64,000 nucleotides of DNA from Candidatus Poribacteria bacterium (GCA_965116925.1 OZ220744.1:1472001-1536000), one strand, 5' to 3'; shown: positions 29,984-40,587, counted from the stretch's first letter. The notes: generated from the letters alone by a model not told the origin. Numbers and translations are program-made.

Positions 29984-30931
29984 ATGAAACTTGTAGGTAG
30001 CAGTCTTCACTTGATCATCTCCATCTTGTCTGGTTTTCTCTGGTTCGGTTGCCAAGGCGGTGGATTTAACATCGGCGATGTAGGCACTAGCGAGAATCCA
30101 CTCCAAAAATCCGGTGAGTTGATGGAGAACGAGGTCTGGGCGGGAAAGGTTCAAATTGTCGGCGATGTCATTGTCCCCGAAGGGAAAACGTTGACTATTC
30201 GATCCGATTCGGTTGTCGGCCTGGATTCGGAAACAGGCACCCATCAACTGATTATCCGGGGATCGCTGTATGCAGAAGGCAAGCCGGACCGTATGATTAT
30301 ATTTGGTTTACTCGGATCCGAGACAAAACCGCCCAAAACCGGCGATTGGATCGGCATCCGATTTGAAGGGACTAGTCCCAATTCTCATCTGAGTTACTGC
30401 CGCATTCAGGAAGCTGCGATCGCACTATCTTCGCAATCTGACGGCGTGCAGATTGAAAGTTGTCTACTACAGAATAACGAGATGGCAATCCTCTGTGACG
30501 ATAGTTCCCCAACGATAAGTGACAATCAAATCGACAAGAATGGCACGGCAATTAAATGCCTAAAAAATGCGTCCCCAGAAATAGCCCGAAACTCAATTCT
30601 AGCGAATGAGTTAGGGATTGTTTGCGATGATGGCTCCCGACCGACGATTCACTACAACGAAATCTCCAGCAATTATCAAGATGCGATTAGATGTCACGCC
30701 TCTGCTTCGCCCGAGATCGTTTCCAATAATATCACTTCCAATGGAGGATGGGCGGTATATGATGGGGGTCGTTTACGCGAAAATTATATCAGTGGGAACA
30801 AGGAGATAGGGGCAGGGGTTGTTGACCGTGGCACGGGACGTGAGAGTGGGCAATTCTACGGCGTAGATGAAGTTTTGGATCCGCGCGCTGCTCCTGTGCC
30901 TGATGCCGGCACACAACGGGAAGGATACTAG
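29984..30931 (+). CDS. Right-handed beta-helix (NosD-like) lipoprotein
   Basis: Lipobox-like WFGC; V.VPEGKTLTI; repeated I.C...SSP.I..N.I..N units. Confidence 0.75.
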   Translation: MKLVGSSLHLIISILSGFLWFGCQGGGFNIGDVGTSENPLQKSGELMENEVWAGKVQIVGDVIVPEGKTLTIRSDSVVGLDSETGTHQLIIRGSLYAEGKPDRMIIFGLLGSETKPPKTGDWIGIRFEGTSPNSHLSYCRIQEAAIALSSQSDGVQIESCLLQNNEMAILCDDSSPTISDNQIDKNGTAIKCLKNASPEIARNSILANELGIVCDDGSRPTIHYNEISSNYQDAIRCHASASPEIVSNNITSNGGWAVYDGGRLRENYISGNKEIGAGVVDRGTGRESGQFYGVDEVLDPRAAPVPDAGTQREGY

Positions 30932-30938
30932 GCATGAT

Positions 30939-31634
30939 ATGGCGAAAGCTACTCAAAACTCAGTAGGTCATCATAACTGGTCAGCGTGGGTCGGCACAGA
31001 TGAAGCGGGCAAAGGGGATTATTTCGGGTCGTTGGCAGTAGCTGGTGTATATGTTGACCCTGAAGTCCGTGAAATACTGCACACATTGGGTGTCCGTGAC
31101 GGGAAACAACTTTCTGATCCGCAGGTCAAGAAACTTGCCAAAGCAATGCGGGTGCGCTGCGGTGAAAATATCTCGTGGGCAAGCCTTGAACCGACCGGAT
31201 ATAATGAACGATACGCTTTATTCAGGAGAAGCGGCCGAAATCTGAACCATCTGCTTGCGTCGCTTCACGCCGAAGTGATTCGGGACCTCCTCAAACGGGT
31301 GGACTGCCGTTACGTCCTTGTAGACCGTTTCGCCAAGGAAGAAGTATTGGAAACAGAGATGCAGGTTGTTCTGAATCCCAACATCACGTTGGTGCAAATG
31401 CCGAAGGCAGAGAGCGATATTGCTGTCGCTGCTGCATCAATTATTGCCCGTGACATTTTTCTTCAACAACTAGAACAACTCTCCAAAAAATATCAAATCC
31501 AATTACCCAAAGGCGCGTCGCAAGTCATTGACGCAGGCAAACAGTTTGTTAAACAGCACGGTGCTAGATCTTTGTATCATGTCGCTAAGCTGCACTTTCG
31601 GACAACGACGGACATTTTAGGAGATGAACAGTAA
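30939..31634 (+). CDS. rnhC: Ribonuclease HIII (catalytic domain only)
   Basis: GTDEAGKGDYFG, GVRDGK, VAAASIIAR, LPKGAS, AKLHF. Confidence 0.85.
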   Translation: MAKATQNSVGHHNWSAWVGTDEAGKGDYFGSLAVAGVYVDPEVREILHTLGVRDGKQLSDPQVKKLAKAMRVRCGENISWASLEPTGYNERYALFRRSGRNLNHLLASLHAEVIRDLLKRVDCRYVLVDRFAKEEVLETEMQVVLNPNITLVQMPKAESDIAVAAASIIARDIFLQQLEQLSKKYQIQLPKGASQVIDAGKQFVKQHGARSLYHVAKLHFRTTTDILGDEQ

Positions 31635-31666
31635 GCTGAAAGCGCAATAAAAGGGGGGAAAACGTT

Positions 31667-33169
31667 ATGTTGACTCGCTTAAAAGTTTCTGGCTTCAAAA
31701 ACCTTGTTGATGTTGATGTTCCCTTAGGACCCTTTACCTGTGTTGCTGGTGCGAACGGCACAGGCAAATCGAATCTGTTTGATGCAATTCAGTTTCTCAG
31801 TGCCTTAGCCAATGATACATTGATTGATGCAGCCCGGTCAGTACGCAGTGAGGAAGGAAGGACAAGTGATGTGCGTAATCTGTTTCATCGTATTGGCGAT
31901 ACGGATACCACAGAGATGTCCTTTGAAGCCGATATGATAATTACCCAAACAGGGATAGATGACTTGGGACAGCAGGCAAAAGCAACGACGACGTTTCTCC
32001 GTTACCGTGTTGCACTTGCGTATCGTGTGGATCATAGCTTACCCTCGTTGGGCACCCTCGAACTCATTGAGGAGAGACTTGAGCGTTTAAAATTAAATGA
32101 CTGGAAAAAACATCTACCATTCGCGGACCAAAGAAAAAAATGGCGCGATTCTGTATTAAAAGGTAGGAGAGCGGTCCCTTTTATTTCAACTGAAGACCAG
32201 GAAGGGAATTGCGTTATTAAGTTACACAAAGACGGCGGAAGTAGTGGTAGACCTCAAGCTATTTTGGCGAAAAACCTTCCACGCACTGTACTTTCTACTG
32301 TCAACGCCGCGGAAAGTCCAACAGCACTGTTGGCGCGTCGCGAGATGCAGTCCTGGCGGTTACTCCAATTGGAATCTTCTTCGCTGCGTGAACCTGATGA
32401 GTTCACAACACCGCCTGGGTTAGGTAGCGATGGCTCCCACTTACCGGCGACTTTATATGGATTGGCAAGGTCTCAAGAAAACATAGATCCAGCCTCTAAC
32501 GGGCAGCAGATATATGATCGGGTCGCCGCTCGGCTATCGGAGCTAATTAATGATGTAGCAGCGGTTGGGATTGATCGGGACGAGCGACGTGAATTACTCA
32601 CTTTGGAAGTCAAAGACCATACCGGTACAGTTCACCCAGGGCGCTCGCTTTCGGATGGCACCTTGCGCTTTCTGGGTCTATCGGTTTTAGAATTAGATCC
32701 GAAAGCGAGTGGCCTTATCTGTATGGAGGAACCGGAAAACGGTATTCATCCAGCGCGAATTCCCTCAATCTTGCGACTACTTCAAGACATCGCCACCGAT
32801 GTGGGTTACCCTGTTGGACCGGATAACCCACTTTGTCAAGTAATCGTGAATACACATTCCCCATCCGTTGTGCAGCAAGTGTTTGACGACATGCTTTTGA
32901 TTGCAGACTTAAGAGAAGTAGTACAGAATGACCAGCGATTTAAGGGGGTGCGTTTTAGCTGGTTACCTGAAACGTGGCGGGCAGAAGCCCTACCCCACGT
33001 TCAACCAGTAGCCAAAGGTCAGTTGTTAGCTTACCTAGGGGCTACCGAGCCAATAGACTCGGAGTCTACCGAACCAATAGACTCGTCACCGAAACCAAAG
33101 CCGAAAAAACCTCAACGAGTTATAGATAGTCTCCAACTCTCATTATTTGAGTATAGTGGTACAGAATGA
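31667..33169 (+). CDS. ABC-type ATPase (AAA_15/AAA_21-like)
   Basis: GFKN, GANGTGKS Walker A, LSDGT signature, CMEEPENGIHP Walker B, NTHSP. Confidence 0.88.
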   Translation: MLTRLKVSGFKNLVDVDVPLGPFTCVAGANGTGKSNLFDAIQFLSALANDTLIDAARSVRSEEGRTSDVRNLFHRIGDTDTTEMSFEADMIITQTGIDDLGQQAKATTTFLRYRVALAYRVDHSLPSLGTLELIEERLERLKLNDWKKHLPFADQRKKWRDSVLKGRRAVPFISTEDQEGNCVIKLHKDGGSSGRPQAILAKNLPRTVLSTVNAAESPTALLARREMQSWRLLQLESSSLREPDEFTTPPGLGSDGSHLPATLYGLARSQENIDPASNGQQIYDRVAARLSELINDVAAVGIDRDERRELLTLEVKDHTGTVHPGRSLSDGTLRFLGLSVLELDPKASGLICMEEPENGIHPARIPSILRLLQDIATDVGYPVGPDNPLCQVIVNTHSPSVVQQVFDDMLLIADLREVVQNDQRFKGVRFSWLPETWRAEALPHVQPVAKGQLLAYLGATEPIDSESTEPIDSSPKPKPKKPQRVIDSLQLSLFEYSGTE

Positions 33170-33807
33170 CAGAGATACGTTATACCTTTGTAACAGATGG
33201 AAGTTCAGACGCTGCATTAATCCCGATTCTTACATGGTTATTGAGGGAAAATGGTGTTGAGTTTGCTATTCAGCCCGCATGGGCTGACTTGACTGGGATT
33301 CCCCATCGCAAGCGAAGGCGATTAGAGGACAAAATCTACTGGAGTCTCGAATTTTATCCTTGCGACCTTCTGTTTGTTCACCGCGATGCCGAAAGGGAAC
33401 CACGCGAGAACCGTGTCAACGAAATTACAACAGCGATCCAAAGAGTTCGTATCTCGGTTCCACCAAGGATTTGCGTTGTGCCAGTGCGTATGCAGGAGGC
33501 ATGGTTATTATTTGATGAATTAGCTATCAATCATGCAGCGGGCAATCCTTCTAACCGTCACTCACTAAATCTTCCTACAATTAATCGGCTAGAGGCCTTG
33601 CCAGATCCGAAAACGGAACTGCATGAGCGTCTCAAGCAAGCGAGTAACTTCAGAGGACAGCGTTTAAGCAGATTTCCGGTGAGTGAATATGCACGTCATG
33701 TTACTGAGTTTATTCAGGATTTTTCACCTTTGCGTGGATTATCTGCCTTTGCTGCATTGGAGTATGAGGTCCAAGAGATAATCAAACAACAAGGTTGGAA
33801 CGCTTAA
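33166..33807 (+). CDS. DUF4276-like/TOPRIM-like partner of the ATPase
   Basis: TDGSSD, FVHRDAE, VPVRMQEAWLL, PDPK motifs; ATGA overlap with the ATPase. Confidence 0.65.
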   Translation: MTEIRYTFVTDGSSDAALIPILTWLLRENGVEFAIQPAWADLTGIPHRKRRRLEDKIYWSLEFYPCDLLFVHRDAEREPRENRVNEITTAIQRVRISVPPRICVVPVRMQEAWLLFDELAINHAAGNPSNRHSLNLPTINRLEALPDPKTELHERLKQASNFRGQRLSRFPVSEYARHVTEFIQDFSPLRGLSAFAALEYEVQEIIKQQGWNA

Positions 33808-33825
33808 CCAAATGACAGGACTTCA

Positions 33826-34998
33826 ATGAGCCTTATGGAAAAGCTATTTCTAGTGCACTACGGTGAGATTGGGTTAAAACGCGGGAACCGCTCCTATTTT
33901 GAAAAGAAACTCGTTCAGAATATAAAGCTGGCATTGAAGGGCATGGGAGGTGCCGGGGTGCGGCGCATATACGGACGCATTCTAGTGATGCTGCGACCCG
34001 AAGCGGATGTTGCAGCAGTCCAAGAGCGGTTGGGCAAGGTTATGGGGATTGCTCATTTTGAACTCGTTCTCGCAGCAGAACTGACCATTGATGCGATTCA
34101 AGATGCCGCATTGGAGCTCGTCAAGGATCAGCAGTTCAAGACGCTCAAAGTGGAAACGAAGCGGGCAAATAAACGTTTTCCGCTTACTTCGCCTGAGATT
34201 AGTGCAGCGGTGGGGGCGCATCTGCTCGGCGCGACTGGTGCATCGGCAGATATGCACACGCCTGACTTGCGCTGTAACATTGAAATTGTCGACGAAGCAG
34301 CATACATCTATGTGGAAAAACTTCGAGGGGTTGGCGGGCTGCCGGTGGGTGCGAGCGGAAAAGTCCTCGTTATGCTCTCTGGTGGGATTGATTCGCCGGT
34401 TGCGGCATGGCGGATGATGAAACGTGGCGTCAAAGCACTCTTCGTCCACTTTTATAGCTATCCCTACACAGACAGAGCATCGCTTGAGAAGGTAGAGGAA
34501 CTCGCAGAGATCTTGGCGACTTGGAACTATCGGACACAGATTTACCTTGTCCCATTTGCAGAAATCCAGCAGGAAATTGTAACTCAAACTCCCGCCCCGT
34601 TTCGGGTTATCCTTTACCGTCGAATGATGGTACGTATTGCACAGCAGATTGCAGCGGCTGCGAAAGCGCAGTGCCTTGTTACTGGAGAGAGTCTTGGGCA
34701 GGTCGCCTCACAAACGTTGGGTAACCTTCGCGTGATCGAGGAGGTTGCGGAGATTCCTATCTTGCGCCCGCTGATCGGCGATGATAAGGCAGAGATTATG
34801 GACTTGGCGGAGCAGATTGGGACCTTTGAGATTTCGACGCTTCCCCATGATGACTGCTGTTCGCTCTTTGTTCCTGAACATCCAGCGACCAACGCATCGG
34901 TTGAAGCAGTTCAAGAGGCGGAGGCAGCCCTAGACATCGACGCGCTTGTGAAGTTAGCAGTGGAATCGGTCGAAAAAAAGATAGTTGACAGTTGTTAG
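33826..34998 (+). CDS. thiI: tRNA 4-thiouridine synthase (no rhodanese domain)
   Basis: HYGEIGLKRGNR, THUMP domain, SGGIDS PP-loop, TGESLGQVASQT, DCC. Confidence 0.95.
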   Translation: MSLMEKLFLVHYGEIGLKRGNRSYFEKKLVQNIKLALKGMGGAGVRRIYGRILVMLRPEADVAAVQERLGKVMGIAHFELVLAAELTIDAIQDAALELVKDQQFKTLKVETKRANKRFPLTSPEISAAVGAHLLGATGASADMHTPDLRCNIEIVDEAAYIYVEKLRGVGGLPVGASGKVLVMLSGGIDSPVAAWRMMKRGVKALFVHFYSYPYTDRASLEKVEELAEILATWNYRTQIYLVPFAEIQQEIVTQTPAPFRVILYRRMMVRIAQQIAAAAKAQCLVTGESLGQVASQTLGNLRVIEEVAEIPILRPLIGDDKAEIMDLAEQIGTFEISTLPHDDCCSLFVPEHPATNASVEAVQEAEAALDIDALVKLAVESVEKKIVDSC

Positions 34999-35023
34999 TT
35001 TTGAGTTCTGAGTTGAATTCCTG

Positions 35024-35749
35024 CTATTCGTATTCTGTGAGTATTGCCTTTAATCGTTCCGGATAGTTCGTCAGAATCCCATCAACGCCGATTTCGATGT
35101 AAGCTCGCATATCTTCAGGGGTATCCGCGTAAAAGACGTGCACGATTCGGCCTGCCGCATGTGCCTTTTGAACAAACTCCCGAGTAGTGATGTCCCGTCC
35201 CGGTTGCATCGTACGCAGGCCCATCTCTACCGATTTTTGGATATATTCCTCTGGAGTGCGGTTTGCACGAAAGATCCGACATTCGATCCGTGAGTCAATC
35301 TCAGCAAAAATACCAACGCTTGCATCGCTGCATGTCAGAATAGAATCCTCTACCATGTGGAAATCGCTCAACGCCTTTGCGACCTTGCGTTCGTAGTGTC
35401 CGTCTGGATTGCCACCTTCTTTGAGGTGGACATTCAGTCCAACTTTCCCTTGCACAAGCTCTAACGCTTCTTCCCATGTCGGCACGCGTTCGCCCCGAAA
35501 CTGTTCACCAAATACTCCTCCAGCGTCGAGAGCTTTGATTTCAGTTAGTGTGAGATCTGAAATCGCGCCTGTGCCGTCTGTCGTTCGATCTACGGTTGGA
35601 TCGTGCATGATGATTAGGTGGTCATCTTTGGTCAAGTAGAGATCGAGCTCGATCTCATCAACGCCAATTTCTAACGCCTTCTGAAAAGCGAGTAATGTAT
35701 TTTCGGGGTAGTTTCCTGACGCGCCTCGATGGGCAACATTAACGACCAT
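35024..35749 (-). CDS. Glycerophosphodiester phosphodiesterase
   Basis: AHRGAS..PENT, ELD, HD.TVDRTT, GVDGILTN. Confidence 0.92.
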   Translation of the reverse strand: MVVNVAHRGASGNYPENTLLAFQKALEIGVDEIELDLYLTKDDHLIIMHDPTVDRTTDGTGAISDLTLTEIKALDAGGVFGEQFRGERVPTWEEALELVQGKVGLNVHLKEGGNPDGHYERKVAKALSDFHMVEDSILTCSDASVGIFAEIDSRIECRIFRANRTPEEYIQKSVEMGLRTMQPGRDITTREFVQKAHAAGRIVHVFYADTPEDMRAYIEIGVDGILTNYPERLKAILTEYE

Positions 35750-35767
35750 GTTTATACCTCTTGAACT

Positions 35768-35925
35768 AACAGTGAAAACTTGCTAAATTGACATACTCCG
35801 CAAACCTAAAGGATTGGGATTCTTATGAGCCCCTTCCCGATAGGAGAGCTAATTGTGGTATCAACAGCACTTGCGAGGCGAACCCCGTCTTACAGTGCCT
35901 ACTCCAATGGACAATGCCCTGCCCA
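35768..35925 (-). ncRNA. Orphan omegaRNA-like scaffold plus guide TTTAGCAAGTTTTCACTGTT; boundaries approximate
   Basis: Colinear with the tnpB omegaRNA, with compensatory stem changes and shared GGGCA loop, GTAAGA, TTCG loop and TGTTGATA. Confidence 0.7.
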
Positions 35926-36181
35926 CTGCCCCAAAGGGCAACTTGGGTGAGGTTTATTAGGGGATTCTAATACCCGTCGGTATACGCCAACTATTGCGGA
36001 TTTTACGCCTGCTAATAGTCAGTAGAATCCCCAATCTCTGAAAACAATTATACTATATTTCACGATTAGATTCAAGGTTGAAACCTTGAGAAAAACTATG
36101 CTAAAGCAATCTGTATAGGCTGCGCCCCAACTGCTCCAAGCATAAATGCTTGAGCTTTAGACCTAAAGGAGGTTTCGGTAA
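35788..36181 (-). mobile_element. Non-autonomous IS200/IS605 derivative (no tnpA or tnpB)
   Basis: Right end GAATCCCAATCCTTTAGGTTTGCGGAGTATGTCAA; left hairpin GCTCAAGCATTTATGCTTGGAGC; left boundary either 36181 (after TTTAT) or 36177 (after TTTAC). Confidence 0.75.
36047..36075 (-). promoter_or_regulatory. Internal promoter of the orphan omegaRNA element
   Basis: TTGAAT-N17-TATAAT; spacer GTGAAATAT shared with 19221-19249. Confidence 0.7.
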
Positions 36182-36282
36182 ATAAATATCTTCCTACTAT
36201 CAGACACAGTTAGCAATATAACACAAGCAAAAATTTCACGTCAATATAAAAATTGATAGCTCATGTAAAGAAATCATGCAAC

Positions 36283-36316
36283 AGAAACCGAGTTTTCAAG
36301 AAAAAACTCGGTTTCT
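36283..36316. repeat. Short palindromic repeat AGAAACCGAGTTTT...AAAACTCGGTTTCT, copy 1
   Basis: 14-bp inverted repeat; second copy at 37537-37570 and a half copy at 54650-54663. Confidence 0.75.
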
Positions 36317-36401
36317 CTTCATGCTTCGCACTCTCTTTTTATATGAACGAAATTGGTCTGTAGGAAGCGGATGGACATTGATTGTTATGAAAGGAAATTT
36401 T

Positions 36402-37427
36402 ATGGATGAAGTACGTCTAAAAACAATTCTGGAAGGGTTTCGAGAACGAAAGATATTGGTCGTCGGGGATTTTTACCTTGACGCATATTGGCTAGTTGAT
36501 AAAACGAAATCAACCCTATCGTTAGAGACGCCTTGGCACACAAATCCTGTCGTAGAACAACGGTATAGTCCCGGTGCAGCGGGTACTGTTACTAACAACC
36601 TTGCTGCATTAGAGATTGGAGAAGTTTATACGCTCAGTGTGATTGGCGAAGATGGATTTGGCAGCACTTTGCTTGAACGCTTAGAAGCCAACGGTTGTAT
36701 CACAGATTTCATGATAAGCACTCCAGATCGAGTTACCCCAACCTATCTCAAACCCATCCACCGAGGATATGAAGGGATTGAAACGGAAGGTCCGCGATTT
36801 GATATTGAGAACCAATCTATGATGCAATCTGAGGTGGAGGATAGATTGCTTCATGCCTTGCGCGAATGTGTGCTGCAGGTGGAAGGAATCATTGTTGGAG
36901 ATCAGATGCCACATGATAATTGGGGAGTGGTAACAGATCGGGTGCGATCAGAAATCTGCCAACTTGCTGTGGAGTTTCCCGATAAAATCTTTTTTGTGGA
37001 TTCTCGGACACGAATCGGAAAGTATCATCACATTACTATCAAGCCGAACCGATTTGAGGCGAAACGCGCCGTTGATCCGGATTGGACTGGGGAAGAAGTC
37101 GATATAGAGGAAGCAACGAGATGTGGGCAGATCTTGACGGAGCGGACAGAAAAGCCACTTTTTGTAACCGTTGGTCCGGAGGGTATCTTGGTATTTCACA
37201 ACGGACAGGTTGAACATGTACCGGGCATCCCACTCGAATCGGAGATCGATCCGGTGGGAGCGGGGGATAGTGTCTCTGCTGCAACTGTTGCGACACTCTG
37301 CGGTGGCTCTAGCCACCTTGAAGCGGCACAGGTCGGAAACCTCGTCGCATCGGTTACCGTTACTAAAATTGGGACAACCGGCACCGCCTCACACATTGAG
37401 GTGATCGAGCGATTCGGGCAGATCTGA
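36402..37427 (+). CDS. PfkB-family carbohydrate kinase (HldE/RfaE domain I-like)
   Basis: LVVGDFYLD, PGAAG, KPNRFE, DPVGAGD; start at ATG 36402. Confidence 0.85.
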   Translation: MDEVRLKTILEGFRERKILVVGDFYLDAYWLVDKTKSTLSLETPWHTNPVVEQRYSPGAAGTVTNNLAALEIGEVYTLSVIGEDGFGSTLLERLEANGCITDFMISTPDRVTPTYLKPIHRGYEGIETEGPRFDIENQSMMQSEVEDRLLHALRECVLQVEGIIVGDQMPHDNWGVVTDRVRSEICQLAVEFPDKIFFVDSRTRIGKYHHITIKPNRFEAKRAVDPDWTGEEVDIEEATRCGQILTERTEKPLFVTVGPEGILVFHNGQVEHVPGIPLESEIDPVGAGDSVSAATVATLCGGSSHLEAAQVGNLVASVTVTKIGTTGTASHIEVIERFGQI

Positions 37428-37536
37428 CTTTTGACGTGAGATTTCACTTGAACAGTCTATAGAGAAGTGGTATACATATGTTATGTGTAGTAATGAAAAA
37501 CGATGTTCGCGTCACAAGAAAGTGCAAAGTGCTAAG

Positions 37537-37570
37537 AGAAACTGAGTTTTGAAGAAAAAACTCGGTTTCT
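37537..37570. repeat. Short palindromic repeat, copy 2
   Basis: AGAAACTGAGTTTTGAAGAAAAAACTCGGTTTCT. Confidence 0.75.
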
Positions 37571-37713
37571 GTTGGAAGATTTCTTAACGTGAGATAAAAG
37601 CGGTAGTTTTATGGATGAAGAATGGAATATTTTTGGGGTTCATAACATAACGCAGTTGTTAATCAATGATCGAAAAATCGTTAGCTTTCGCAATTTACGC
37701 AAAGGAGGCATGG

Positions 37714-40587
37714 ATGAGAGAGACAATCAGTATAAGAGGCGCGAGGGAGAATAATCTGCAAGACATCAATATCGAAATACCTCGAAATAAACTGGTAGTC
37801 GTGACGGGTATTAGTGGTTCCGGGAAATCGTCGCTTGCGTTTGAAACGGTTTATGCCGAAGGGCAGCGTCGCTTCCTAGAGTCAATGTCCACCTATGCCA
37901 AACGTTTCGTCGCACAGCTGAAGAAACCGGACGTGGATTTCGTTGATGGATTATCCCCTGTTGTCTCAATCGAACAGAAAACCATTACCATGAACCCGCG
38001 CTCAACCGTGGGCACAATGACCGATCTCTACGACTATATGCGGATGCTATTTGCCACAATCGGGATCTCTCACTGCCCCTATTGCAGCACCGAAGTTCCA
38101 ACCCGAACCCCCTATCAATTGATGGAGCATATACTATCATTGCCTGAAGGGACAGAACTCGAGATCTACGCCCCGGTCTTCAAGATCTACGGCGAAGATT
38201 ATCCCTACCTCTTTGATGATGTCCGCTTGAAGGGGTGCCGCAGGGTTCGGATTAATGGTGGTTTGCATGATCTGAGTGAAGAGATTGAGCTAGACGAACA
38301 GGTAGAGTACAACATTCAAGCCATCATCGACAGATTCGTTATCAAGCCGGATATTGACAAACAGATCCTTGCTGCCCTCGACCACGCTATACTCGTTGGC
38401 GAAGGATTTATGAGTTTCCATATCCTGAGTCCCGAAATAGCCGATAAAGATATCCGTGCCTTCTACAAGGATTTTGGTTGCGCTGAACATCGCGTTGTTA
38501 TGGGGGAATTAGGACCACATCACTTCACCTTCAATGAACCGACTGGTGCCTGTGTTACATGTTCTGGGTTAGGCACTTACCTCCAAGTTCATCCGAACCT
38601 ACTTGTCCCGGATAAAACTCGAAGCATCATAGAGGGGGCATTCGTGAAGCAAGCCTTCAATTACGATCCAGACCGTTGGGATGGTCGGATGATGTACAGT
38701 CTCGCCCAACATTACAATTTCAGCCTTGACGCTCCCTTCAAAGACCTCCCCGACGAGGTTGTCGATCTGGTATTCTACGGAACCAGAGGAGAAAAATTTA
38801 AGATTGTTATGCCGGAAGGTGCGAAGCAGATGACCCACCATCATATTGGCAGAGAAATGCAGTTTGATGGAATTATCAACCGGATTGATCGGCACTATCG
38901 ACATTACCGCAAGCGCGGGGAAGCGCATTCGGGAATGGAGGAGTACCTACGGAAGGTGATGGTCGAACATACCTGTCCCGATTGCGATGGAAGTAAGCTG
39001 AAGAAACAGAGACTTCTTGTCACCATCAATGATAAACATATCCATGAATTGGGCGATATACATCTTGAGGAATTAAAGGTTTTTCTGGAGGGAATCAGGT
39101 CGATCCCAGCGCAGAAAAGAGAGGCGGGAACACGGGTCATTAAAGAACTCACGACCCGGATTGAACTCTTACTCGGTATCGGTCTGGACTATCTCAACCT
39201 TAACCGGAGATCAGCGACGCTTTCGGGTGGAGAATCGCAGCGTATTCGCCTCTCAACGCAGATCGGTTCTGGTCTGATGGGGATGCTGTATGTGCTGGAT
39301 GAGCCTACGATTGGGCTTCACCCTAAAGATAACATTAAGATGCTCAAAACGCTGAGACATCTGCGCGATATTGGGAACACTGTGATTGTGGTCGAGCACG
39401 ATGAAACGACAATCCGAGCCGCAGACCATATTATTGAATTGGGTCCCGGTCCTGGGATTCATGGCGGGACGGTGGTTGCTGAGGGACCTGCTGATAAAGT
39501 CTTGAAAAATCCGGTGTCGTTAACCGGGCAGTACATGAGCGGAGAGAAGGAGATTGAAATCCCGCAAGATCGACGAGAAGCGAACGGCGTTTCAATTATC
39601 ATCCGTGGGGCGCGAGAAAATAACCTAAGAGATATTGATGTGGAGATTCCGTTAGGACTTTTTATCTGCATCACAGGAGCATCGGGATCCGGCAAGAGTA
39701 CGTTGATTAACGAAATCCTCTATAAGAAACTCTATTCCATCTTTCACGATAGCCGTGTCCTATCTGGAGACCACGATAACGTTGAGGGTTATGAATATAT
39801 CAGTGATGTAATCAACATCGATCAATCGCCAATTGGACGTTCCCCACGCTCCAATCCAGCGACCTATATCGGGTTTTACGACAATATCCGAAAGCTATTT
39901 GCAAACACTCCACAATCAGAAGCACGCGGTTATACGCCATCCCGATTCAGTTTTAATGTCAAAGGTGGGCGATGTGAGGAGTGCGGTGGTGAGGGTCAGA
40001 TTACGACTAAACTGCACTTTATGCCCGATGTGGAAGTTCCTTGTCCTGCTTGCAAGGGGGCGCGATACAACGACGAAACCCTTGAGGTAACATATAACGG
40101 GAAAAACATTGCGGAAGTGTTGAAGATGTCGATCGAAGAAGGCGTTGACTTCTTTGCGAATCAGCGGCTCATCCATCATAAACTGGGTGTCCTGAACAAT
40201 TTGGGTATGGGGTATTTACAGATAGGGCACCCGGCACCGATTCTTTCAGGTGGGGAGGCGCAACGGATCAAACTAGCAAATGAACTCGGAAAAATCAAGC
40301 GCGGCAAGCACAATTTCTACATCCTTGATGAACCTACCACCGGATTACACCTCGCCGATATTCAGAAGCTGTTGGATAGCCTAAATCAGCTAGTCGATGC
40401 GGGGCATACTGTGCTGGTGATTGAACACCATCTTGATGTGATTAAAACCGCAGACCATATCATTGATCTCGGTCCAGAAGGGGGACATCGCGGGGGAGAG
40501 ATTATTGCCCAAGGATTGCCGGAGGCGGTTGCTCAAACCTCCGGTTCCTATACTGGACAATTCCTTAAGCCATACCTTACCCTATAA
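37714..40587 (+). CDS. uvrA: Excinuclease ABC subunit UvrA
   Basis: Two ABC modules ([23 protein letters not shown] twice), zinc fingers, [20 protein letters not shown]. Confidence 0.95.
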   Translation: MRETISIRGARENNLQDINIEIPRNKLVVVTGISGSGKSSLAFETVYAEGQRRFLESMSTYAKRFVAQLKKPDVDFVDGLSPVVSIEQKTITMNPRSTVGTMTDLYDYMRMLFATIGISHCPYCSTEVPTRTPYQLMEHILSLPEGTELEIYAPVFKIYGEDYPYLFDDVRLKGCRRVRINGGLHDLSEEIELDEQVEYNIQAIIDRFVIKPDIDKQILAALDHAILVGEGFMSFHILSPEIADKDIRAFYKDFGCAEHRVVMGELGPHHFTFNEPTGACVTCSGLGTYLQVHPNLLVPDKTRSIIEGAFVKQAFNYDPDRWDGRMMYSLAQHYNFSLDAPFKDLPDEVVDLVFYGTRGEKFKIVMPEGAKQMTHHHIGREMQFDGIINRIDRHYRHYRKRGEAHSGMEEYLRKVMVEHTCPDCDGSKLKKQRLLVTINDKHIHELGDIHLEELKVFLEGIRSIPAQKREAGTRVIKELTTRIELLLGIGLDYLNLNRRSATLSGGESQRIRLSTQIGSGLMGMLYVLDEPTIGLHPKDNIKMLKTLRHLRDIGNTVIVVEHDETTIRAADHIIELGPGPGIHGGTVVAEGPADKVLKNPVSLTGQYMSGEKEIEIPQDRREANGVSIIIRGARENNLRDIDVEIPLGLFICITGASGSGKSTLINEILYKKLYSIFHDSRVLSGDHDNVEGYEYISDVINIDQSPIGRSPRSNPATYIGFYDNIRKLFANTPQSEARGYTPSRFSFNVKGGRCEECGGEGQITTKLHFMPDVEVPCPACKGARYNDETLEVTYNGKNIAEVLKMSIEEGVDFFANQRLIHHKLGVLNNLGMGYLQIGHPAPILSGGEAQRIKLANELGKIKRGKHNFYILDEPTTGLHLADIQKLLDSLNQLVDAGHTVLVIEHHLDVIKTADHIIDLGPEGGHRGGEIIAQGLPEAVAQTSGSYTGQFLKPYLTL

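Noticed and set aside
30939..31634. rnhC pseudogene because the N-terminal TBP-like domain is missing
   Set aside because: Catalytic motifs are intact, no upstream remnant exists, and short RNase HIII forms are known
37440..37713. LexA/SOS box upstream of uvrA
   Set aside because: No convincing CTGT-N8-ACAG or GAAC-N4-GTTC match seen
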